64,000 nt of DNA. Source: Laetmonice hystrix (lineage: Eukaryota). The first letter of the stretch is position 1. Every line of letters starts with the position of its first letter. The stretch covers positions 32,922,001-32,986,000 of the forward strand of contig OZ249437.1 of assembly GCA_965235115.1 (NCBI GenBank), in the 5' to 3' direction. The translations under genes and the position numbers were made by a program. Positions 53,998 to 64,000 of the stretch are shown piece after piece. Below the pieces are notes generated by a model. The model was not told where the DNA came from, did not search any database, and worked only from the letters and a program-made list of their open reading frames with translations.

Positions 53998-54205
53998 GAG
54001 CTGGAGGTGGAGCCGAGCTGGAGGTGGAGCTCGCTCGAGGTGGAGCTCGCTCGAGGTGGAGGCGAGCTCGAGGTGGAGCGCGCTCGAGGTGGAGCTCGCT
54101 CGAGGTGGAGCTCGCTCGAGGTGGAGCTCGCTCGAGGTGGAGCTCGCTCGAGGTGGAGCTCGCTCGAGGTGGAGCGCGCTCGAGGTGGAGGCGAGCTCGA
54201 GGCTC
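53998..54205. repeat. 16-bp GC-rich minisatellite (~12 units)
   Basis: Unit GAGGTGGAGCTCGCTC with variants GAGGTGGAGCGCGCTC and GAGGTGGAGGCGAGCTC. Confidence 0.93.
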
Positions 54206-54952
54206 GAGGCGAGCGCCTGTAGTATTCTGCTGTCGCCGTTTTAGATTTACCCGTCATAGCTCTACGTGCAACATGAAATATGGTGGACACGCGTCCTGGG
54301 AATTTTAGGTTCCCAACTCGAGCATTATCAGCATTCTAAAATGAAATCTGTTTCGAACGAATGAAAAAAAACACACCACAAAACGGGACTGAAATATAGT
54401 CCTGTTGTTCGTTTTCACAGTACAGCCGTCGCAATATCTGACAGTAATTGACATAATTTTACAATTTCTGTCATTCGCTTTCCTCGTCTGTCATAGAAGG
54501 AGCGACGTATAATTATCATAGAATGTATGCAGTTGGTTTCAGGTTGGTATATTGTCATAATGTACGCAGTCAGATTAGTATGGAAATATGTATACGTTTA
54601 TTTCATAAATGCATATTTAATCATACCAGTTTGCATTATGTTTATAGACGGAGTCTGATATATTCTGCCGGAGAGGACTCTATACACACGCATGCGTTCT
54701 CAGTGCCCCCAAAGGTCTCCATAATACCATTTCCGTGTATCGAACAGACGGAGAGTAATATTTTATTTCGAACCGTCCTGCTTTACCGTATTTTGTCGTC
54801 CTACTTTTCCACAAGATCAACATCTAGACCATCCGCACAGCCATGAAAGACGCCGGTCCTTGTTTGTCGTCGTAAATATCTGTTCTGGTGACAGCCGACG
54901 GGAAACCATCCGGGCAGACCGGAGCTGGAGGAGGGGGATGTCCTTGACATAT

Positions 54953-55090
54953 AGGGGATGGGTGGCCGAGCGGTTAGAAGCCCTGGCGGAGGCCAGTTTG
55001 GACCAGTGCCTCCCCTCCGCGCACCCTGCCCTGACTAGTTTATCAAAGGCGGGTGGATGGATGACCTACAGGTGTGTCGGTTGATGGCCT
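54953..55090 (+). mobile_element. tRNA-derived SINE fragment
   Basis: Head GGGGATGGGTGGCCGAGCGGTTAGAAGC is A-box-like; the body is degenerate. Confidence 0.5.
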
Positions 55091-55097
55091 TAACACA

Positions 55098-55420
55098 AGG
55101 ATGTCCTTAACACGGGTGGATGTCCTTAACGGAGGTGTCCTTCACGGGATGTCCCTAACGTGGATGTCCTTAACAAGTAGTGTCCTTAACGGGGTTACCT
55201 AACGGGGATGTCCTCAACAAGAGGGGTGTCCGTAACTGTTGGATGTCCTCCCCAACCGGTTGATGTCATTAACATCGGGGGGGGGGGGGGGGGGGGGGCT
55301 TAACGAGGTTGTCCTTCGCGGGGATGCCGCTAACAGGGATGTCCTTAATAAGGAGTGTCCATAACGTGTGTCATTAGCGCGGATGTGTGTGTGTTCTTAA
55401 CAGGGGAGCGTCCCTAACGG
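55098..55420. repeat. Cluster of degenerate GG(A/G)TGTCCTTAAC motifs with variable short spacers
   Basis: More than 15 degenerate copies with 2-10-nt spacers, plus one further copy at 54936-54948. This resembles the subterminal repeat field of a non-autonomous DNA transposon. Confidence 0.75.
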
Positions 55421-55530
55421 TGTAGGGATTGTTGATCAGCCACGCCTCTGTAAATCCCGAATGTCTACTTCTCAAAAACATCTCAATCGTAATGACCATT
55501 CTAAGCAGAAACCCCCGTGAAAACAAAAGA

Positions 55531-55680
55531 ACGTCTTCGGTATCAAGGTAACTTCTATTGACGTCTTCGGTATCAAGGTAACTTCTATTGACGTCTTCGG
55601 TATCAAGGTAACTTCTATTGACGTCTTCGGTATCAAGGTAACTTCTATTGACGTCTTCGGTATCAAGGTAACTTCTATTG
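55531..55680. repeat. 30-bp minisatellite, 5 perfect copies
   Basis: ACGTCTTCGGTATCAAGGTAACTTCTATTG repeated five times. Confidence 0.98.
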
Positions 55681-55918
55681 ATCCCGATACAATATTAAAT
55701 AGCAAGGATGAGCCCTTTATGACTGAGATGGGCGTGCCCAGTGGAGCGTTATCCGATCTGTTGCTATCACAGACTGGTGTATTAACACTGAGGTGTGGTT
55801 TGTTGTTCACGTAACACACTGGTAATCGTATATCTGCATCCAGGAAATGTTGGAATCAGCTGGCGGCAATCGTTGTGTGTTTGATATATACTCCTGTGCC
55901 GATGGACAGCACCTGCTA

Positions 55919-56000
55919 GGAGATACAGAGACATGGCAAGGGCATTATACAGCCGTGTTAGCTCAGTTTGGTAAGGCTGGAGGAGGAGGAGGAGGAGGAG

Positions 56001-56033
<33 letters not shown>

Positions 56034-56285
56034 ATAAGTCGGAGATACAGAGACATGGCAAGGGCATTATACAGCCGTGTTAGCCCAGTCTGGTAAGGCT
56101 GGAGGGGGGAGGAGGAGGAGGAGGAGGAGGAAGAGGAGGAGGAGGAAATAAGTCGGAGATACAGAGACATGGCAAGGGCATTATACAGCCGTGTTAGCCC
56201 AGTTTGGTAAGGCTGGAGGAGGAGGAGGAGGAGGAGGAGGAGGAGGAGGGGAGGAGGAGGAGGAGGAGGAGGAGGAGGAAATAGT
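55919..56285. repeat. Compound repeat: three ~115-122-bp units, each with an internal (GGA)n tract
   Basis: GGAGATACAGAGACATGGCAAGGGCATTATACAGCCGTGTTAGC starts at 55919, 56041 and 56155; each copy is followed by a GGA tract of variable length. Confidence 0.95.
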
Positions 56286-59200
56286 CGCCTTTCGATACTC
56301 ATCACGTTCGCCCCAGGGGGCATGTTATACAATCAGTGTTCGTTTATCCGAAGAGCTTATTGTCCATAAAACGGATACATTCCAGAAGGTGTGTTCGTAT
56401 TGTGAGAAAATATCATTTTTTTACAAAAGCCTACATTTAATATGTTTGGCCGTGTAGGAGCTATCATCTGCCATTGGCACACTTTAAACATACTGCGAAT
56501 AGGAAAAAGTCGTATATTTCTCTTTGAACATGTACCTGGGGATTGCATTTAAAGATTTATTCCCAGGTTTCAGCGAGAATATTGATATCTTGGAACAGCT
56601 CTCGATGACAAACTGTAGCAGGTGTGCGAGGAACCCATACCCAGGTGTATTTAGATCAACATCTGGACTGCATGATAGACGCCTTAGCTTTTAATTCAAC
56701 TAACCCTCTATTGGTGTGTGTGTGGGGGGGGGGGGGGGACTCCTTTGGTTAAATATGCCGGCGGCAATAAGAATTTATCACAATATATGTTAAACATGCA
56801 TTCTTCATTAAAGGATGTTTCACTGGCATTTTACTTGACGGGACAAGCATATACGACTTAATTTTCCAGTTGGTATAATTACCAACACCTTTTCTCACTG
56901 ATAATCGACTTTGCTAATTTCCGTCACCAATATTTGATATACATAGCCCCCCACCCTTTAAGCAATGCCCTAACTGTTCTAATGAAGTGTTGGAATAAAT
57001 TTCTAGCGTTCTATGGTTCTAACCAAGAGGAAGCGGCGTGCAATCATTCACAACCTTTTTCTGCCAGTTTCTGGCATATCACTGGCACAAACCTCATGTC
57101 GCCCTGGCAACACCCTCCCTATAATTACTCCCTCGTCTACTTCAAACGTAATCGTATCCACATAATAAATCAAGTCTCATAGTCATGTCCTGCGAACCGG
57201 CTATAGTTCGCCTATACCGTACGCACGGCTGAAAGAACAAACTTCTAAACGGTTGGGATAAAACAGTGGAATGGTAGGAGCAGTTGTTTGTTGACGGTCA
57301 TCGACTCGGTCTGGTGTATAGGTAATCGTGCGGCCCAGTCGTTGGGGCTTACGGTGACCAAACATACACATGTCAACGCATCAATAAACACGAAATCTAC
57401 TCGTAAAACATTTATATCTTGAGGGAACAGCATGAAAGCAGGCGATGTAGGCAGCATATATGTTGGAGATAATGGAATGTTTTAGGTCTATGGATCTATA
57501 GATTTGCGGTAACCAATGGGGTTGGGGGGCATGGGCGCCGGAAGCGGGGGGGGGGGCAGGGGGTCGACCAACCCTATAATCTGGAAGAGGGCATCCCCCC
57601 AATAATGTGTGATCTCGAATGAAAAAAATGCATGTTTTCCCGAATATCGTTGAAACCAAGGTCTCTTCCCCCCTAATAACTTGCTTCCGGCGCTGTTGGG
57701 GTGTGGGGTGGTGGTGGGTGCGGGGATCGTACACGGTTGAAGGTGAGCAACCGCCCGCCCCAGGATGATCTGTGACTACATCGACCCTGTCCCGTCTCGA
57801 CTTTAAGAAATGCTCTCTGAAGATGTTGGCTAGCAACCCCCGCCACTACCTCCGCAACGTCAGCTCCGACCCAGTAACCGCACAGCGGTCGCAATCTGGT
57901 ACCGGAAGTGAGTGGCCGGAACCAGTATGGTCTCCCGGAAGCTGGAGGCACGTTTTGAATGTGACAGATTTCAACATCCCGTGGACACGAGGGATAACGG
58001 ATGAGGGGTTGCGTGATCCCTGCTTAGTCCGTTTCCCACCCCAACCAGGGTACAGGCCCACAATTAGATTACTGTTCGATTCGTCAAAATCATTCATCGT
58101 CCTGGTCGCTCATCGCCTGCGAACTCTGCCGTCTGGTTCCTGCTGAGCATGCAACTATGGTACTGACCGATAGATGAACTTAAAAAGAAATAATGGATGG
58201 CTGTCACAGGTCGTTTTCATAACTACGGGATGGTATGAAGAACAATACTGTTCGTATGGTACGCGGCATTCATCAACCTTCAATACAGCGCAACCGGTGT
58301 GATCATACCATAGATTCCTGGGGCCATGCAATATACTTCAGAGCCCGTATTAATAATTTCTATCATTATTAATAAAAAAATCGGCGGCTGAAAGCAGGCC
58401 TCGGATTCCATGGAAATTTGCACCACAATTTATCTGGCGTTTGAAGTTTATAAATGTGCACTAGGGGCTGAGAGTTTGTTTCAACAAAATAATTGCTCTC
58501 TCTTCAATCAGAGCATTCGTGGTCCTACGTCGCTAAACTATGGACGTGCATTATTGTCTGTCTGTGTGGCATGGTGCCTCTAGAGAGGAGGACAAAGACA
58601 TCTTTAATCTGGCAGTCAGTCCGTGCACTCGCCTCAGGAGATATGATCCCTGTCCCCACTCCCTTGCAAGACATGCGCAGCATGGGGTTTTAAAAAAAAT
58701 CTTATTTTTTAAACCTCTGCTTCTGTACCAAGAGGAATTCAGGAAAAGCTGGCTATGGCAAGGCGGCAAAGATATACGTAGCCGGAAGATTGATATCGGA
58801 ACCGACAGACAAATATGCCTGGTCAAGATGGGAACGACCCGATGGCTTATTCTATAAACGATCGAGACCTATAACTTCAAAGTTTTGATAATAAAATTTC
58901 AGAATTTGAATTCCAGTTGGCCTAAAAGGTTGATTGTTGTATCCTAGTATACGTAATCAACGACTATTGTGATGTGGTGGAGAGCACATTATGACAATTT
59001 ACATGTCGGAATCTGAGGCGTTGATACCACCAGTTGATCACATGACCAACTTATGGTTTGCATGTACGAATGATGTCACGTCATGCACTGGCTGTCAGCG
59101 TATTACTGACCCGCTCAGACACCGGCCAGTAATGATCAACACAATGATGTTTAGACTTTACCAGATGCGGAAGTTAACGTTTCAGTTTAGGTTAACCACT

Positions 59201-62200
59201 AGAAAAGAGAATGCTCTCCAAATCTAAAGAAAGAATCATGAAGGAGACGAAATTATATTTCCGGACAAGCTGAATCCTTAATTTCTCTTCATGATTTGTT
59301 CAACCAAGGCAGTTGTGTACTAGGAACTGCATGTCGCAGCCCTCACGACAAAACCATAACTGCGGTGGTCTTTGCGGTAAGGCTATGGAAACCACACGTG
59401 CAAAAGATCGGTCAGGCCCCAACGTTCAATACAAGTGCGGTGAACGCCCTGAAGTGTTTTTTTTTAGTTTTCATGGCCGCTTCCAGATACGACTGAAAAA
59501 GGTGTCTTTAAAGAGATCCATCGTAATGAGTGAATTATGAATGCTAATACGATCCATTCCCTTCTGTCGTTTAAAAAAAGAACATTCCCGTAAGGTATAG
59601 GCATGCCGAGAGCTACTAATGCTGTTGAAGTGCTTTGACCACTTCCAATAATTGATTCGTTGTTTGTCTGTAAGAACGTTTTGTTAGACGCGGATGCATC
59701 GCGTTTTTTGCTTCACTCTTTGAGGGGCATTTTCAAAGCGAAGACCTTGAGGCTGTAATCACAGTGTTTAAACCTAACCTTTGTAAAGTCTTCAAAAATT
59801 CAGAAACTGAACTCTATCCAATCATTTACCAATCCGTAACTCATTGGATACTGGTCCCAATCAGTGTTTATGACGCATTATAACACGTCCCTGGGTATAA
59901 TTTCAGGGAAACACCTGGCATTGATTCCTATAGTACAAATAGTTAATCAGTCAAAACATTATACTTAGTGAACTAATTCTCTGTCCAGATTTCCGTGCAA
60001 GAGAATTAGGTCATGTTGGATGGAAATTTCTATTAAATTACTCTGTTACAGTAGTCTGCAGTAACTCACTTGACACAAAACAAGGAATCAGCAGTTCGGT
60101 GCGAGGCCTGGTCGACCGATAACGAGGCCATGGCCGCAACATGTCAAATCGATATCAAAGTTTCAGGCCGACAATGATGGATGATAAGGTGTAACTCTGT
60201 CAATTAAGGCGCCTGCCCGTTGGTGTGGAACGCCGACCTCAAGAACAAAACTTCATCAACAACATTCGCTATTCACAGTTTTACATAGTTAATTCATAAT
60301 TTCAAAACATGGCGACCACGACGTGAAGAGGTCTTTTTCTGATTTAATATCGGGAGTGGCCTCTTTTCGTTCCCCCTAACCGTTGTCAAATTTCCCTGAC
60401 AGTCATACACTAGTGTCATAATACAACTCTTCTTTAGCGACTGAATTTTCATTTTTCGTTCGGATTTAGTGTTATTAGTACTATAGGGCATGCATGTCAT
60501 GAATGAGAACAGCATGATTTGCGTGTTTATTTTCCAACCATTCGCATATATCAAGAAGAAATTTAACCAGTCGATGGCTTCATCTCTGCTCTTTATTAGA
60601 AAGTGACATCTTGCGAATTTCTTTCGATTTTAGGAATGAAACCAATTATGTAGCGTTTGTCTCGATATACGAGTTCTAAAGTGAATTCCACAATTTAGAA
60701 TACATTGTAGTAGGCAGTTGCAAGGTATTCTTATGGCTGTTGTGCCTAAGAATCGTGCCACTGTTCTGGCTTTATGCAATTCATTAATGCTATCTGAAAT
60801 ATTAGGCCTATTTGTTGAGAGATGCATTATCTGTCTGCTTGTCTGATCGTTCCATCGCTTCTAAAACAAGGAAAGCTGTCACCGACAGTGATGCAGGACA
60901 TATAGGACCATATGTATTTTCCCACCAGGGTCGCGCACCTTTGCGAAGTATATGGCAGTTGACAGCTTTATCCGTGATTGGCCGATGCGCGTATGGAGGG
61001 CTATTTATAATAGCTTGACGTCATGGTGACGTGACGTCGGTGACGTGACGTTAATTTTGGTTTAATCGTGATGTTAACTTCCAGAGCACAACACGATCAC
61101 TGTCAAGTTGGCAGATTGTACAGAAACAAAATGCTTCTATTTTTGGAGGGTATTAATGTGGAATTTAATCAGAATAGTTTTAAAATTAAAGCTGCTGCGC
61201 AGCTCTGGCAACAAAGAGAAACATTACCAGTGCCTTGTCGAAATCACAGGCCGTGTCGAACAATGGCGTCAGTGATGTATTGTTCTTTGGGAAATACCGA
61301 AATGCCATCACAACTTCGAATGTGAAACACCTTTAACAATAGCCGTTTCCTCTCCCTGCTTTTACATATTCATAACGGTTCAAATCCGTATGCAAGCGGC
61401 CACTGAGAGACAATCGTAAAGTGACTGTGGAAACATTTAAAAAACGATGTGTCAAGCAAAGGTTTCTACAGTCTGTTCCAGAATGTGTGTTCAGAGAATG
61501 TGCATGTTCCAAACCACCAACTCACAACATCTCGAGCTGGGAGTGTTCTTTGATCGCCCAAATATCTTTCATGTGGTAAACTACAAAACCGGTTATTCTC
61601 ATATACTCATCAATCTTTGCGCATAGCGTGGGCAATGAAGGCTGGCAGTCACACCTGCATTCTCAAGCTTGCATTGACTACTTTAATCACTCCCATTTCT
61701 TGCATGAATCAGTTTTCTTTTTCACACCAGTGAATCAGCGCCGTGTAGGCTACATGCGCGCTTGATACCTGTGATTAGCAATATTACAGTGGCATACTCC
61801 TTTAGAACGGGCGGGGTTATCGGCAAAATAACGCCGACTTCTGCGCATGAGCAATGGAGCCACACAACGGGGCCCAAACCACGCGCTGAAAGAGGGGGAG
61901 CATTGCTACCACAGCGCCATTATTATATCTAAATACGCCAATATCGCCACGTCAAGGCCACAGTCTGAAGAACTGGCACGCGTGTCGCCCGAGGTGCTCG
62001 TTCGATCGAGTCGGTCTGATGCGATTTTCTTTCTGTGCCATCTGGACCAAGAGGGCGACAGTTTGAGAGTGTCGGGAGGTGACATGTAGGGGGCGCTGAG
62101 GGCAAACAAACATGGTCTATGGTTACTCTCTGTCTCTCATTAATTCAGTATCTCCACAATGTAACATATTGTAAAGATAATGGTTCAATATGTCCACATG

Positions 62201-62745
62201 TGATGAACAGAAATATTGTAGCAGGGGAAGCAGATTAAAGTGATGCAATATCAGCAAAGTCAAAGGTTAGTAACAGTAACACGAAAAGTGTACAGACGAT
62301 ACAATCCTAATGCTCATATTAAAACCTCGGAACACACTTGTTATTGCAATCATCACTTCTGTCTGCGTCCTTGTTTATGAACATCTCATGGCGAGATTCA
62401 ATTTGCCTGCTGAAGTGGGCACGCATGGAGCGTGTAGTTTTTCGGAATGAATGTAATGTAAAATTGTTATTTTATCAAGTCTTCTTACTGAATGGGGGAT
62501 GTGAATCATGCCATGTAGGGATACGACATGCATCACGTTCCCATTTTCTCCATGACAAACAGAACTGGTATTTGTCTTGGGAAGGCTCTGGAGAAAAGAA
62601 AATGAGTCGCCTCCGATGCATCCAAGTGCACGGCGGGTGTGGGGCCGTGAGAGATTGCGAGGCAGTTCCCTAACGCAATATTGAAATGGCATGTGAAACC
62701 AATGTCATTTGTCACTATCTTCTCCATTGGTGACTCCTGTCCCAT

Positions 62746-63433
62746 CCAGTAACCGCATTAACCAGGAGCACACATATGTTTGAGACGTCCAGTAACTGCA
62801 TTAACCAGGAGCACACATATGTTTGAGACGTCCAGTAACTGCATTAACCAGAAGCACACATATGTTTGAGACGTCCAGTAACCGCATTAACCAGGAGCAC
62901 ACATATGTTTGAGACGTCCAGTAACTGCATTAACCAGGAGCACACATATGTTTGAGACGTCCAGTAACTGCATTAACCAGGAGCACACATATGTTTGAGA
63001 CGTCCAGTAACCGCATTAACCAGGAGCACACATATGTTTGAGACGTCCAGTAACCGCATTAACCAGGAGCACACATATGTTTGAGACGTCCAGTAACCGC
63101 ATTAACCAGGAGCACACATATGTTTGAGACGTCCAGTAACTGCATTAACCAGGAGCACACATATGTTTGAGACGTCCAGTAACTGCATTAACCAGGAGCA
63201 CACATATGTTTGAGACGTCCAGTAACCGCATTAACCAGGAGCACACATATGTTTGAGACGTCCAGTAACCGCATTAACCAGGAGCACACATATGTTTGAG
63301 ACGTCCAGTAACTGCATTAACCAGGAGCGCACATATGTTTGATACGTCCAGTAACTGCATTAACCAGGAGCACACATATGTTTGAGACGTCCAGTAACCG
63401 CATTAACCAGGAGCACACATATGTTTGAGACGT
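62746..63433. repeat. 43-bp minisatellite, ~16 copies
   Basis: Unit CCAGTAAC(T/C)GCATTAACCAGGAGCACACATATGTTTGAGACGT, recurring at 62746, 62789 and onward. Confidence 0.97.
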
Positions 63434-64000
63434 ATAGTCTTATACAAACGTAGAGATAATGTCGTCCTAGTGAACCTCGTAAAACAAACCCTAACAAACC
63501 TACCGGACACCATCAGACACTGCATAATAATAGGAGCGTTTTTATACGATATTAAACAAATACGTATATTCAAGCCTTATATAAATATCCGCCTATTTAT
63601 TGTCAAATCTACAGATAGGATTCTATGTGTCTATGCGGGGTGGAGAACGGTATGTATGGGTTATATAACGTCAAATGTATTCCCCGTTTATGAGAGAGAG
63701 AAAAAACACACTATATGAGTCATTTGGAGAATAAGATCCCGTTTGTGGTTGATAAATGAGAAGGCTCTGGAGGGCGAGGCCTATCTTCACCAGTATGTCT
63801 GGATCGACAGGCCAAGAATGTGGTTGGTGCCACAGTTTCGGGGTGTGGAGGCGGGAGGGGGTGACCTGGAATCATCCACCAAACATCTTTATAGGGACCC
63901 GGATAACTTCATGCTGCTGGATCACTCTCGGGAAACCAATGTGGGTTATGTTCATCTCAAACAATGCCGGAGGGCAGGCTATAGGAAACAAGGGAATACG

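Noticed and set aside
55098-55420. CRISPR-like repeat/spacer appearance
   Set aside because: Repeats are ~13 bp and degenerate, spacers are 2-10 nt, there are no cas genes, and the context is eukaryotic.
58537-58665. Possible frameshifted THAP domain (MDVHYC...W...CTR...VPT)
   Set aside because: It needs several frameshifts, lacks the second Cys and the His, and no transposase follows.

Overview
This is a eukaryotic, gene-poor, repeat-rich scaffold window from an invertebrate. A mollusc-like lophotrochozoan is my inference from the SINE types and the one gene. It contains one 166-N gap. The only convincing protein-coding region is an uninterrupted 691-aa ORF on the minus strand (10742..12817). 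It encodes a predicted secreted or membrane-anchored Cys-rich protein: signal peptide, two tandem pairs of PTHR22255/LP06548P-like (DUF7042/7043-type) domains separated by an ShKT-like six-Cys module, an S/T-rich stalk and a hydrophobic C-terminus. The rest is transposon debris (Penelope-like RT and GIY-YIG, DIRS/Ngaro-like RT and tyrosine recombinase, Gypsy-like integrase, tRNA-derived SINEs), non-autonomous TIR elements and about a dozen minisatellite arrays. The best structural observations are a 281-bp TGT...ACA element with an exact CCGG target duplication (Ginger1-like MITE) inserted into a 16-bp array, and a 2-kb TIR element filled by a satellite that switches unit type. Most short ORFs in the track are repeat artefacts or antisense shadows. 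I found no rRNA, intact tRNA or CRISPR array, and no convincing novel multi-gene system. All family calls are by-eye motif recognition and need database confirmation.
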